In this document: in pieces, positions 9,563 through 19,562 of the stretch
How positions within the stretch are numbered: position 1 is the first letter of the stretch
How the letters are laid out: each line of letters opens with the position of its first letter
Source of the DNA: a virus
IMG/VR virus record: IMGVR_UViG_3300006028_000003
Span: 12,032-76,031 of that record
Strand: one strand, 5' to 3'
Length of the DNA: 64,000 nucleotides
Notes under the pieces: model-generated
Database searches by the model: none
What the model saw: the letters and a program-made list of their open reading frames with translations, nothing else
Told to the model about the DNA's origin: nothing
Made by a program: the position numbers and the translations under genes

Positions 9563-10944
9563 GCGGTGTTACTTATTCCCCCGACACCCGGAACATACAT
9601 CCCCACCCCCGCCGGATCGGCTTGGGCGTCAATGGTGGCCGGAGTGATAGGAACGTTGCCGTTGATGACGCTAGGATTGGCTCTTGTTGCGGTGAAAGCG
9701 AAGCCTCCGCTACCCCCAATAATAATCTTGGGTGACATAGTATTGAGAAAAATGGAGACGGCCGAAGCGGTCAAGAAGGTGTGGCCCTCTTCGATCTGGT
9801 ACTGGGTAGGGCCCCAGAAGCGGGGGCCATCGAAGAGGAATGCCCCAAAAGTGTTCGACCCTTGGGCGATGAGCCCCATTTGAGCATAGACCGTCGCCAG
9901 GAGGCAGCCGTTGATGGAGCTCCCTCCACCCCCCGCTGGCGTAAGGATGACATTGCCGTCGAGGATGGCGCCGTTGATAGTGGTTGCCGCAAACCCGCCT
10001 AGAACGCGTGTCGTCGGAACCGAATCGACCAGGAGGGCCACCGCGTTTTGGCTTGTTCCCCCGTTGATGCCGAAGATGTCGGTGAAGGCGCAGTTGATGC
10101 AGTAGGTGCTCCTTACCGGGGCCCCCTGGTACATTGCCGCACGTCGATCGATGCGGCACTCTTGGAGCGCCACCCCGTTACCCCAATAGAAGGGGCTACC
10201 AGCGGTGCTCGCCTCGAACCCCAACTGCTGGATGTAGGCCCTCGCGACGCTGTCGGCGAACGTCGGGGTAAACTGAGCCATCTCGATGGAATCCAACAGA
10301 TAGACATCAAAGGTATCACCGTTGGCCCAGGTATCCACGAAGGTGGGGATGCTAAGGGGGAGAGTTGTTCGAGTGAGGGCCTGGCTCAAGTTGAAGGTAG
10401 TCCCGGCGACGTTGGCGAAGGTAAAGGCGGCGCTTTCTTTACCCCCGGTCGTGTTGACCACCAATTGATTGGTTGTGACCGCTCCTGCGCTTCCGAGGTC
10501 AGCGGTGAGGAGCTGGCCCGTCGCGTAATTCTTCGCGATGACCCCGGCTAGGACCCCAGATCCAATTTTGTTGGCGGTAACGAGGGTTCCTTGGAAGACC
10601 AGTTGAGAGCCGTTAGTGGCGGTCGGGCTAAAGATGATGGGGTCGGTTTCAGCTAGTGCGGTGCCGCTCAGGAAGGCCCAAGTGGTGTTCTGGGCTAGGA
10701 TTGGTGAGTTGGTCCCGTACCTTTGGATGACCCCTTTATTCCAGGTCAAGACCGGGGTTGTTGATGTAGCCCCGTCGTTGCTATCAGAGGCTAGGCCGGT
10801 TCGGTTCTGCGGATCGATAAACCAAGCCGCGCGCAGCCAAAACGGATTGGGGGTCACCCCTCCACCGCCGCCGCCGCCGCCGGATGGAGTCAGGAGTTGA
10901 AGGGCCTCGAGTCGCTTTACCCTTCCTCGATCTTTCGGCTTCAT
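9559..10944 (-). CDS. Putative virion spike/receptor-binding protein, paralog 1
   Basis: N-terminal MKPKDRGRVKRLEALQLL, poly-Gly linker, beta-rich body. Confidence 0.68.
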   Translation of the reverse strand: MKPKDRGRVKRLEALQLLTPSGGGGGGGGVTPNPFWLRAAWFIDPQNRTGLASDSNDGATSTTPVLTWNKGVIQRYGTNSPILAQNTTWAFLSGTALAETDPIIFSPTATNGSQLVFQGTLVTANKIGSGVLAGVIAKNYATGQLLTADLGSAGAVTTNQLVVNTTGGKESAAFTFANVAGTTFNLSQALTRTTLPLSIPTFVDTWANGDTFDVYLLDSIEMAQFTPTFADSVARAYIQQLGFEASTAGSPFYWGNGVALQECRIDRRAAMYQGAPVRSTYCINCAFTDIFGINGGTSQNAVALLVDSVPTTRVLGGFAATTINGAILDGNVILTPAGGGGSSINGCLLATVYAQMGLIAQGSNTFGAFLFDGPRFWGPTQYQIEEGHTFLTASAVSIFLNTMSPKIIIGGSGGFAFTATRANPSVINGNVPITPATIDAQADPAGVGMYVPGVGGISNTA

Positions 10945-12428
10945 AGCCCCGCCGCGAGCATCTGTTGCATCAAGATCCCTGCAAAGCGGTACTGCCCGCT
11001 CTTCGCGGGGTGGAGCCCATCGCTCTCGAAGAAGTTGGTGTTCGTCGGGATGTTGCCGGCAGCGCTTCCAAGCATCGCATCGGCCCCCGCATCGACGAGG
11101 TTGACCCTCACGTTAGCGGTTCCCATCCCCGGCAAGGCTGCGCGGATCCCAGCGTTGATCGTCTGGCGGTCGGTCTCGTTCGCGGGGCTGAACCCGTGAG
11201 CGAAGGTGATGGTAGCGCAGTTGACTTGGTGGGGGTGGCTTCCAACCGGCACCGAATTTAGCGCGCTTACTCTCGCTGAGACAATGGCCAGATACTGAGA
11301 AAGGATATTGGCTGCGGTGTCGGTCCCGAGGCTGTTGATGCCCCCCTCGATGTTGACGATGTTGACAACCCCCGCAAGATAATAGGGGTCAATCATCGTT
11401 CCTTGGGTCGTGATGTCGGGGAGATTTCCCCCACCTACTAGGCGGCTTCCAGAGACTGAGATGTTGAAGGGGAGCCCAAACCGGCCCCCGAGCGCGATCC
11501 CAGCCGCCCCCGCGTAAGCCCAAGGGGTGTTGAGGTGGAACGCGACGTTCCCCTGAAGATTGGCGCCGCCCGCGATGCTGTCGCCAATCTGGAAGACCTG
11601 ATACTTTACCGTTTCATTTAGATTGGTCAGATTCCAATTCAAACGGAGGTAGGCATCGAGCTGGCCCCTTTGGGTTAGACTCAATGAATCCCAGATGCCG
11701 AAGAAGCCGATGCTTCCGGTGAGGGGGTTTGAGGCCGTATGGCCTACCCCCAGAGTTCCGCTAGTGGTGATCGCGCCAGCCCCCGGAGCAGTTCCGGAAT
11801 TGCTTACTGATTGAAGAACCCCGTTGACGGTAATCTTCGTCACCAACCCATCGTTTTCGACGATGACATACTGAGTCTGGTTATTGCCGGCCCAGAACGA
11901 GGGAGAGGCGGTATCGGCGTTTTCGGTATTGCCGGCCCTTCTAGTTCGGGCCCCCCAGCCGTTAGAGCTAGTCAATATAACCCCATCGGCCGCAGTGATG
12001 TTTGTGCTGACTTCCGCGATGGTCATGCTCTGACTATTCGAGGCCCCCCGCTGATTGGAGTCGGCTCTGAATAGGCAAACCATCACATAGGGAACCTGGA
12101 AAACCAACGCGGTAAAATTCAACCAAGTGGGGGTGCTGAAAAGGGGGATGCCTGGGCCTCCGGTTACAATCGCCGGCTTCCCCCCCAACCCGATGGTGTC
12201 GTAGAACGGTCGGTTGATCGCTGCCGCCTGAGTCGCATCGGCCCCGTTCCCGCTCTGATCTTGCCAGGCGTCAACTGCCGTCCCGTCGGCCGCGGGGCTT
12301 CCACCAAACCGGATGGAGCTTGCAACGGAGGCATCCAAAACAACGCGGCCCCCTGCAGGTCGAATCGGGCTAAAGACCGGGGGAGCCACCGGCGGCGGCA
12401 CGAAGAAGTTGGTGTTGACGGCAGGCAT
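10941..12428 (-). CDS. LamG/ConA-like domain fused to an SGNH/GDSL hydrolase
   Basis: N-half LDAS..V.AWQDQSGNG..ATQ; C-half GDSI, GGINS, DGLHP catalytic blocks. Confidence 0.8.
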   Translation of the reverse strand: MPAVNTNFFVPPPVAPPVFSPIRPAGGRVVLDASVASSIRFGGSPAADGTAVDAWQDQSGNGADATQAAAINRPFYDTIGLGGKPAIVTGGPGIPLFSTPTWLNFTALVFQVPYVMVCLFRADSNQRGASNSQSMTIAEVSTNITAADGVILTSSNGWGARTRRAGNTENADTASPSFWAGNNQTQYVIVENDGLVTKITVNGVLQSVSNSGTAPGAGAITTSGTLGVGHTASNPLTGSIGFFGIWDSLSLTQRGQLDAYLRLNWNLTNLNETVKYQVFQIGDSIAGGANLQGNVAFHLNTPWAYAGAAGIALGGRFGLPFNISVSGSRLVGGGNLPDITTQGTMIDPYYLAGVVNIVNIEGGINSLGTDTAANILSQYLAIVSARVSALNSVPVGSHPHQVNCATITFAHGFSPANETDRQTINAGIRAALPGMGTANVRVNLVDAGADAMLGSAAGNIPTNTNFFESDGLHPAKSGQYRFAGILMQQMLAAGL

Positions 12429-12634
12429 CAGGGGGATTCCTTAGGAGGCTCCGGGGGATCCGGCTTGATGAAGGAACCTGAGGTGGGATCAAACCTCCAA
12501 TCTCCTGGCTCAAGCCCCAGCGCTGCGGCGGTGGCCCCCAAGAAGTCGTTGAGCCGGGCCTGCGCGACGGCGAGGGTTTCCTGATGCCCCTTCATGAGGA
12601 TGAGGCTTTGATCGGAGAGCTTTACGACCGTCAT
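12428..12634 (-). CDS. Small hypothetical protein (possible fibre accessory)
   Basis: 68 aa, coupled, downstream of a collagen fibre. Confidence 0.55.
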   Translation of the reverse strand: MTVVKLSDQSLILMKGHQETLAVAQARLNDFLGATAAALGLEPGDWRFDPTSGSFIKPDPPEPPKESP

Positions 12635-12801
12635 TTGGTGATGACCCCTACGGAGACCAACCGGAGGTAGATCCGATGGGTGAGGCTTTGGCCATGCCGA
12701 TCGGATAGCTTTGTTTCCTCGGCGATGATGGGCTCCGATTTCACCGGGTCGGCCTTGGCGATGGCGGCCTTGAAATATTCGACTGCTTCCGGATGTTCCA
12801 T
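12631..12801 (-). CDS. Small hypothetical protein (56 aa)
   Basis: MEHPEAVEYFKAAIAK..., AGGA RBS, stop overlaps the next ATG. Confidence 0.55.
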   Translation of the reverse strand: MEHPEAVEYFKAAIAKADPVKSEPIIAEETKLSDRHGQSLTHRIYLRLVSVGVITK

Positions 12802-12823
12802 GGTCTTCTTCCTTGAGGGGAAT

Positions 12824-14089
12824 TTAGGCTAGTGCGACGAGGCGAGCAATCCCGCTCGTACCCCAAAACATGAGGTTGCCGGTGGTAGGGTCAACATAGA
12901 GCCCCCCGTACCCCGCTGGCATCGCAACGGTCGGGATCGCGTTTGCTTGACGGAACGAAAGGACCCCGTTGCCGCTTCCGAATTGCGCGGTGATAGAGAA
13001 GAGCTGGGTTCCGGCGGGCATCACTGCGACAGGGCAATGGGCGTCAGAGATGTCGTCGTTGTTGCCGATCCACACCCCCGAGTTTTGGGCGCAGTTGACA
13101 AATAGTTGACCCCCCGGATTGATCTCGAGGGTGAAGTTGCCGGCGCTTTCGGTGAAGCCGAAGCCGCTCTGGAAGAGCCAAAGCGCTCCGAAAGAAGCCG
13201 ACGATGCCGGGGCCCCGAAAGAAGCCACTGCATCCCCCGCCATCAAGAAACGATAGAAGCGGGTGGGCCCCCCTGCTGGTGGAGCTGGGAGGTTGAAGTT
13301 GATGTTTCCGTTAGTGCCCGCGGCTGCGGTAGTGGCCTGCGCGGTGATGTTGAGGTTCTCCGCGGTTGGGTTAGCGGTGGTCGCCTGGGAAATAGTCGGC
13401 GCCGCTTGCGTCGCCCCAAATTGGAGGTTGTTGTAAAGAATCGGAAGGGTGCCGCCGGCCCCGCCGACGCCAAGCGATTGCACCGTCGCGGTGACCTGGT
13501 AGCCGCTCGTGACGGTGAAGGCCAAATCTAATCCAGACAACAGTTGGGTAGCCGGCCCGTCGTAGGTAACCCCGGACCCAGAGGGGATAACCGTCGTCGG
13601 AGCTGCGTTAGTGACCCCTCCACTTGAGCCAAGGTTGGTCAAAGTGATGGTTCCGACGCCGACCGCGAAGAGCGAATAGGCCCCACCGCCACCAGCGACT
13701 AGCACCGCGGCCCCCACTACCGCCCCGACGGTGTTACTCACCGAGACGACGACGTTGGAGCCGACGGCCGGTTGAGTGAAGTTGGCCGTCGTCGTTGCAT
13801 TGAAGGCCGGTCCCGTAGGCCCGGTTACCCCCGCAGCGCCAGTGGCTCCGGTCGCGCCCGCTCCTGTTGCGCCCGTCGGCCCCAGGGGGCCGGTTGCGCC
13901 AGTCGCACCGTTCGGCCCGGTCGGCCCGGTCGGGCCTAGTGGACCAGTCGCCCCCGTGACACCTGCCCCAGTGGGCCCCGTCGGCCCGACTGGGCCTGTC
14001 GGGCCGGTAGCGCCTCCACCCCCACCACCTCCGGTGAGCGAGTCGATAGCGACTCTAGAAAACGTCGAAATGGTTACGGGCTTGGTCAT
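12824..14089 (-). CDS. Collagen-like (Gly-X-Thr) fibre protein
   Basis: Poly-Gly, then about 20 GPT/GAT triplets, then beta-rich domains. Confidence 0.8.
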   Translation of the reverse strand: MTKPVTISTFSRVAIDSLTGGGGGGGATGPTGPVGPTGPTGAGVTGATGPLGPTGPTGPNGATGATGPLGPTGATGAGATGATGAAGVTGPTGPAFNATTTANFTQPAVGSNVVVSVSNTVGAVVGAAVLVAGGGGAYSLFAVGVGTITLTNLGSSGGVTNAAPTTVIPSGSGVTYDGPATQLLSGLDLAFTVTSGYQVTATVQSLGVGGAGGTLPILYNNLQFGATQAAPTISQATTANPTAENLNITAQATTAAAGTNGNINFNLPAPPAGGPTRFYRFLMAGDAVASFGAPASSASFGALWLFQSGFGFTESAGNFTLEINPGGQLFVNCAQNSGVWIGNNDDISDAHCPVAVMPAGTQLFSITAQFGSGNGVLSFRQANAIPTVAMPAGYGGLYVDPTTGNLMFWGTSGIARLVALA

Positions 14090-14787
14090 GATCTTTTCCG
14101 TCTGTTGCGTTTCGGCGGTTGGTCGATAGTGAGGCCGTAGGCGACGGCGGCACTGGAGAGGAAGATGGCCCCAGCGATGAACCAGGGGCGGTGCTTGTCG
14201 TAGAATCCGTAGTCTAGACCGTAAACAGGATCGGTTTCAGGTCCGTACGGATTCGTTGAGCCGGTATCTACTGAGGCATACGCTTGCGCGATTGCATCCT
14301 TCGCCGTTTGAGTGGCCGCGGCCCGCGCTACGAAGTTCGCTAGATCTTGGAGGCTTATGTAGCCTTTACCTTTTGCATCGAGCCCTTTATTCGCGTTGTA
14401 GTAGGCGCTCGGTGCAGCGGTGACCGTATCGGTAAGATGCTTTACAGCCGGTAGAGTCGCCGGAAGGAAATTCGCGAGGTAGACTCTGACCCCGCTCCGC
14501 AGCGGCCCGTACGACGCGACTAGGCCCTTCATAAAACCTAGAACGACTGTTTGAAGTTGCCGCGAGGCCGGCCAAGTCAGGTAGGTTTGGGGATCGGTTC
14601 CAGCGAATTGCTGAATCAAGCTAGCGCTAGCCTGATTGATTCCGTAGAACGGCTGCCCTGCTTGATTTGGGATTGCTGGGTTGAGCCCGCTCTCGGCGTA
14701 TAGGACAGGGATAAGCCATTCCGGACGGATTCCAGTCTCGTTGTAGATCTGCCAAAAAATCGGAAATGAGGCGCTATCGAGACTCAC
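14086..14787 (-). CDS. Lytic transglycosylase (SLT-like) with C-terminal membrane anchor
   Basis: [16 protein letters not shown]...YGINQ; Y.AN.GLD; [19 protein letters not shown] plus basic tail. Confidence 0.8.
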   Translation of the reverse strand: MSLDSASFPIFWQIYNETGIRPEWLIPVLYAESGLNPAIPNQAGQPFYGINQASASLIQQFAGTDPQTYLTWPASRQLQTVVLGFMKGLVASYGPLRSGVRVYLANFLPATLPAVKHLTDTVTAAPSAYYNANKGLDAKGKGYISLQDLANFVARAAATQTAKDAIAQAYASVDTGSTNPYGPETDPVYGLDYGFYDKHRPWFIAGAIFLSSAAVAYGLTIDQPPKRNRRKRS

Positions 14788-14819
14788 GCGACGGCCTCGT
14801 GTGGGTTACGGGAAGTAGT

Positions 14820-15308
14820 ATGGCCCTTCCCTTGAAGCACGGCTTTCACGGCACCCCGACGTACCGCTCTTGGTGCGCGATGAAAAGCCGCTGTTTGAAT
14901 CCGAACGCCCACAAATACGAGTGTTATGGTGGGGCTGGGGTCAAGATCCACCCACCGTGGTTGAAGTTCGAGAACTTCCTTCGCGACATGGGGGTTAGGC
15001 CCTCCCTCCACCACTCGCTTGATCGCTTCCCTAATCCGCGTGGGAGCTATGTTCCTGGGAACGTTCGGTGGGCGACGCGGGAGCAGCAAAACTCCAATCG
15101 GATTACGACTAAATGGATCACGGCGAACGGCGAGAGACTTCACGTATCGGACTGGGCTAGGCGTTTGAATTGCCCCGAGGCTACGATTGTCCGTCGAATA
15201 AAACTCGGCGGCATGACTCCGGAAGAGGCAGTCACGAAACCGATCCGCCCATGCAAGCGCGGTGCTGATCGAGCCCCTTACCCTCATCGAGGCTCTTCTA
15301 AGGGCTGA
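14820..15308 (+). CDS. HNH homing-type endonuclease 1
   Basis: YRSW.AMK.RC, YGG.GV, F.NFL.DMG.RPS..HSLDR...G.Y.PGNVRWAT..Q..NR. Confidence 0.88.
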   Translation: MALPLKHGFHGTPTYRSWCAMKSRCLNPNAHKYECYGGAGVKIHPPWLKFENFLRDMGVRPSLHHSLDRFPNPRGSYVPGNVRWATREQQNSNRITTKWITANGERLHVSDWARRLNCPEATIVRRIKLGGMTPEEAVTKPIRPCKRGADRAPYPHRGSSKG

Positions 15309-15377
15309 GCTAGTCATCCGGGCCGGGACCTTGACAAGATGCTAGCTCGGCGTCTCAACTACGTCTAGACTCAGATC

Positions 15378-15887
15378 GTGCCCCTCATTCGCGGGACAAC
15401 CGATGCAACCCGAAGTGAGAACATCCGCCGCCTCCGTCGCGAGGGCTACGACTTCCATCAAGCCGCTGCAATTGCATACCGGATCCAACGAGAAGAGCTG
15501 AAAAAGCGCCACCATAAGGCTGGAGAACCCATGAGCCGATCCCTCGTCCGTAGACGTCGTTCCCGCCGCGGTATCGCCCGGCTCAACCCCATCGGCAAAG
15601 GGCCGGTTACAACCGCACTGAAATGGCTCGGCGCTGGAGTTCTCGTCGGCGGAGTCGCCGGGGGCGTTGGCTCAGCGAGCGGGATGACATCGGCTAATTT
15701 GCCGACGGGCATCATCGGGGGAGCCTCAGCCGTTGTCGGATTGGAGGTCCTCGGTGGGTTGGTGGTGGGTCTGGCTAGCCCCACTTACCGGAACCCGGCG
15801 TTGGCTACGGCTGGGATCGGTCTCGCGGCTCTGCTCATCACTCAGCTCGTGACGACGACGGCGTTTGCGGCTCCGAAGACGGCTTAG
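15378..15887 (+). CDS. Basic N-terminal domain + Arg tract + LNP + multi-pass membrane region
   Basis: MPLIRG...SENIRRL...QAAAIAY small-phage-protein pattern; RRRRSRRG..LNP; about 3 Gly-rich TM segments; possible second start at 15531 (GGAG RBS). Confidence 0.7.
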   Translation: MPLIRGTTDATRSENIRRLRREGYDFHQAAAIAYRIQREELKKRHHKAGEPMSRSLVRRRRSRRGIARLNPIGKGPVTTALKWLGAGVLVGGVAGGVGSASGMTSANLPTGIIGGASAVVGLEVLGGLVVGLASPTYRNPALATAGIGLAALLITQLVTTTAFAAPKTA

Positions 15888-15926
15888 AGACTTGCCGCCG
15901 TGGGGGCCGAGCGGGAAGATCTGGGG

Positions 15927-16097
15927 ATGACCTACCCCGCCTCGGCTGACACCTTCCCGGACCTCGTCAAAGTCGCCCGCCGCGTCATCGATCGCCAAAG
16001 CGGAAGCATGGCCGAAGACGCGATCGTGCTAGCGCGCTGGATCTTGGCGGCCGACGAGGCTCGCGAAGACCCGCGGTTGGCCTGGGTAAAGAAATGA
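15927..16097 (+). CDS. Small hypothetical protein
   Basis: Coupled to the next gene by ATGA. Confidence 0.5.
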   Translation: MTYPASADTFPDLVKVARRVIDRQSGSMAEDAIVLARWILAADEAREDPRLAWVKK

Positions 16098-16318
16098 CCT
16101 CCCGAGATGACCTCTCCGCCAACGAGCGGGATCTGCGGGCCTTCATCAATGAGCTCCCACTCGGCCCTCATCTCAAGACGGTGCTCATCGCGAAGCTTGA
16201 GGTGACCCTCAACGAGGTCGGGTATGATTTCGGCAACTTCCTCAAGGAAATCTGTTGCGATGAATGCCTCGAGAGGGTCAAGGCTTGCCTCGAAGCCCCG
16301 GTGGAGGAGCCATCATGA
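16094..16318 (+). CDS. Small hypothetical protein
   Basis: CCDEC motif; coupled to the lysozyme gene. Confidence 0.55.
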   Translation: MTSRDDLSANERDLRAFINELPLGPHLKTVLIAKLEVTLNEVGYDFGNFLKEICCDECLERVKACLEAPVEEPS

Positions 16319-16860
16319 AAACCTCACCTGAGGGATTGAAATTCATCGCAGGCCAAGAGGGATTCGTTCCGCGGGTCTACCATGACATCGCGGGGGTGCC
16401 GACGATCGGGTTTGGGCATGTGCTGAAGATGGGCGACCCCATTACGGTCACCGAAGATCAAGCGATGGATCTTCTTCGCCATGACATCGCGACGGCGGAG
16501 TCGGCCATCAATTCGATGGTCAAGGTGGAGCTGAACCAAAATCAAGTCGATGCATTGACTTCGTTTGTTTTCAACCTCGGCTCCGGCGCGTTGGCTACCT
16601 CGGCGTTGCTCCACTTCATCAACCTAGGCTGCTTCGCGACGGCCGCCGACGAGTTCCCCAAGTGGTGCCACGCGCGGGTCAACGGAGAGATGGTAGTAGT
16701 GGCGGGTCTCCTCAAGCGACGTCAGCTGGAGAGGGCTCTGTTTTTGTCGACGGCGGTCGAAATCCCTCCGCCCGGCCCCCTGCCAATCACCATCAACGAC
16801 GCCCCGCCGGTGTTGCCCGACGAAGGCCAGCCGACGCCTCCCGAGGATCTCGATACCTGA
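16315..16860 (+). CDS. GH24 phage lysozyme (endolysin)
   Basis: EG....YHDIAGVPTIGFGH (E-D-T triad), LNQNQ.DAL.SF.FNLG, GL..RR..E..LF; GGAGGAG RBS. Confidence 0.95.
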   Translation: MKTSPEGLKFIAGQEGFVPRVYHDIAGVPTIGFGHVLKMGDPITVTEDQAMDLLRHDIATAESAINSMVKVELNQNQVDALTSFVFNLGSGALATSALLHFINLGCFATAADEFPKWCHARVNGEMVVVAGLLKRRQLERALFLSTAVEIPPPGPLPITINDAPPVLPDEGQPTPPEDLDT

Positions 16861-16909
16861 GACGGGGTTGAGACGAGAGGTTGGCTTCGATTGGAGCTAG
16901 CCTCGCGGG

Positions 16910-17500
16910 ATGAATCATGCCGATCATTCCGACGACTTTGAGATGAGCTTCTGGGCCGATTGTACCCGGAGCTTCGGGGAGGAATCAAAACAGATCCTCT
17001 ACATGGAGTTGATGGAGATCCCGCGGGTCGAGACTTGGCGGAGCCCCCTAAACTATGACTTCGGCGGCCGAAGCGTGATCGACATCGGCGGAGGCCCCTG
17101 TAGTGTCTTGTTGAAAGGTGAAAACCTGAAGCCCCGAAGCGTCGTCGTCGACCCCGGGAATTATCCCGATTGGGTTTTGATGCGGTATGGCCTATCTGGG
17201 ATAATTTGGCATAAGGCCCGCGGTGAAGACATCGACACAAACGGCGGGGGCGGCCGATTCGATTTGGCTTTGATTTACAACTGCCTCCAGCACTGCTCGG
17301 ATCCTGAGAAGATCATTGCCAACGCCCGAGCCGTTTCGGGGCATCTCAAGATCTTCGAGTGGATCGACATCCCGCCTCATGAAGGGCACCCACATGAGTT
17401 GAAGGCCTCGGATCTCGAGAGATGGACCAGGCAGAAGGGGGAGGTTATTGAGCTCCATGGGGAATACGGATGCTCTGGCCGCGCATGGGTATTGCGATGA
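16910..17500 (+). CDS. Class I SAM-dependent methyltransferase
   Basis: VIDIGGGP motif I, VVVDP, FDL...NCLQH..DP. Confidence 0.85.
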   Translation: MNHADHSDDFEMSFWADCTRSFGEESKQILYMELMEIPRVETWRSPLNYDFGGRSVIDIGGGPCSVLLKGENLKPRSVVVDPGNYPDWVLMRYGLSGIIWHKARGEDIDTNGGGGRFDLALIYNCLQHCSDPEKIIANARAVSGHLKIFEWIDIPPHEGHPHELKASDLERWTRQKGEVIELHGEYGCSGRAWVLR

Positions 17501-19245
17501 ACCGCAAGTTCCGCTTCCACATGGTGACGATGCCCCACGTACAAGTCAACAAACATTGGAACGCCTGCGCCTATACTCAGAAGGATGTCAAGTACGTGGC
17601 CGCCATGGCCCCGCGAGGCCACGAGATCATTCTCTATGGCAACGAAGGCTCGAACGTCGGCCATGGCGTCGAGATTGTCCAGCTCCTAACCGAAGAGGAA
17701 AGGTCTTCATGGTTCGGAGGCCACAACAAGCAAAAGCTATACGATCTTCGTTGGGACAGTAACGAACCCTATTGGCGCCTGCAAGCGGAACGCGCGATCC
17801 CGGCTCTGAAAGCCCGGGTTAGAAAGGGTGACTTTATCCTTTCTCTTTCGGGGTGCTGCCATCAACCGATCGCGGATCACTTCCCCGGAAGCTACTCAGG
17901 TAATCCAACCGGCCCTATGTGGGTCGAGTATGGGTGTGGGTACTATGGAATTTTCTCGAAGCGAGTCGTTTACGAGAGCGAGACTCATCGGTCTTGGCTC
18001 CATGGTCGACGCGACAGTCGCGTAGGCGATTTCCACGATGCGGTGGTGCCGAACTATTGGGACCTTTCCGAGTTTGCCCTCGCGCGAGAAGAGGTTGAGC
18101 CTTACTTTTTGTTTGTAGGGAGGATCATTGAAGACAAGGGCTGGCGCGTCGCCGTTGAGGTGACGAAAGCGATCGGAGCCAAGTTGGTTCTCGCCGGTCA
18201 AGGCGATCCCGGAGCTTTGCCGGATCACGTTACCTTTATTGGCCATGTCGACATCCCGACGCGAAACCTACTGATGACCAACGCCATCGCAACCTTCTGC
18301 CCTACAACGTTCAGGGAGCCATTTGGGGGCACCGCCGCTGAAACGCAGCTTTGCGGGACTCCCGCGATCACCACCGACTATGGAGCGTTTGTAGAGACGA
18401 CCCTCCCTGAATGGAGGTGCGCGACTCATCGTGAGTTCGTCGAGGCGGCTATGAGAGCCCAGACGTTGACCGTAGGGGATAGGGCCGCGATCAAGGCTAG
18501 GGCGTCGTCGCTCTACTCTCTCGAGGCCGCGGCGGTTCTGTACGAGCGTTACTTCTCCCGGATCCTTTCAGTTTGGTGGGGAGGCTACTACGAGATGAGA
18601 GACCTCGACACCTTGGGGCTCCCTTCCTCAGAGTCGGTCGAATTGCCGCCTCTGGTGGATCAACCCCTACCTCCCCCGAGCGCGGTTTGCGACTTCACGA
18701 AGATCACCGACGAAGAAACCCCCCAAGCGATTCGGCTAGCTTCTTGGTTCCGCCAGAAGCATCCGGATAAGCGAATCCTCGATGTGGGGTGCGGGCCTGG
18801 GATCTACGTCGAAGAGATGCGGAAGGTTGGGATCGAGGCCTATGGGGTGGATAACGATGAGCGGTTAGTGGAAGGCCCATACCTTACTCGGTTCGACATC
18901 ACTGAGCTGTGGGAAGAGTTTATCGATGGCGTGGGAGCTTACCCCGATGTCATCTTGAGCCTTGAGGTTGGCGAGCACATTCCCGAAGAGAAGGCCGATG
19001 CCTATATCGAGTTTCTTATGATGTGCGAGCCGGATCTAATCTACTTCAGCGCGGCTCGACCCGGCCAAGGCGGCAACGGCCACATCAACCTCCAACCTAA
19101 ATCTTACTGGATCAAGAAATTTTACGCTGCCGGATTCTGGCTCGATGTCGATGCGGCCGAGGAGGCCCTAGCCTTCATCCGGTCTGGGTACCACCTTGGG
19201 TGGCTTACCCAAAACCTTTGCGTCTTTCGCCGAGCCAGCGACTAG
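17497..19245 (+). CDS. GT4 (GT-B) glycosyltransferase fused to a C-terminal SAM methyltransferase
   Basis: LFVGRIIEDKG, EPFG...AE.QLCGTPAITTDYGAF.E; then ILDVGCGPG, SLEVGEHI, PGQGG.GHIN. Confidence 0.9.
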   Translation: MNRKFRFHMVTMPHVQVNKHWNACAYTQKDVKYVAAMAPRGHEIILYGNEGSNVGHGVEIVQLLTEEERSSWFGGHNKQKLYDLRWDSNEPYWRLQAERAIPALKARVRKGDFILSLSGCCHQPIADHFPGSYSGNPTGPMWVEYGCGYYGIFSKRVVYESETHRSWLHGRRDSRVGDFHDAVVPNYWDLSEFALAREEVEPYFLFVGRIIEDKGWRVAVEVTKAIGAKLVLAGQGDPGALPDHVTFIGHVDIPTRNLLMTNAIATFCPTTFREPFGGTAAETQLCGTPAITTDYGAFVETTLPEWRCATHREFVEAAMRAQTLTVGDRAAIKARASSLYSLEAAAVLYERYFSRILSVWWGGYYEMRDLDTLGLPSSESVELPPLVDQPLPPPSAVCDFTKITDEETPQAIRLASWFRQKHPDKRILDVGCGPGIYVEEMRKVGIEAYGVDNDERLVEGPYLTRFDITELWEEFIDGVGAYPDVILSLEVGEHIPEEKADAYIEFLMMCEPDLIYFSAARPGQGGNGHINLQPKSYWIKKFYAAGFWLDVDAAEEALAFIRSGYHLGWLTQNLCVFRRASD

Positions 19246-19520
19246 CGTTGTCTCTCCATCCACTTCGACAGCGCGGCCCGATCCACAAAGCGCTTGCCCC
19301 AACAAATCTCGCAGGTCTGTCGGCTCGCCTTGTGGAGGTGGCCCTCGAACCATGTCTCGGTGACGATTTCCCCAGTCGGCTCTCCGTTAGGCCCTGGGCA
19401 GGCCGGGCACTTGGCGACGAAGCGATCGGGTTTGGTGTCCTCCTCGTCTGAGAAAGAGATCGGCCGGTTGGCCTTCGGGAACTTCGAGGGGTCGCGGGGC
19501 ATCTGAGCCAAGACTAACAT
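19242..19520 (-). CDS. Small Zn-finger protein
   Basis: CPAC...CEICWG. Confidence 0.6.
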   Translation of the reverse strand: MLVLAQMPRDPSKFPKANRPISFSDEEDTKPDRFVAKCPACPGPNGEPTGEIVTETWFEGHLHKASRQTCEICWGKRFVDRAALSKWMERQR

Positions 19521-19562
19521 AGACCTAGCGCTCGAACAAGTTTATAGCTATCATCTGCGTCA

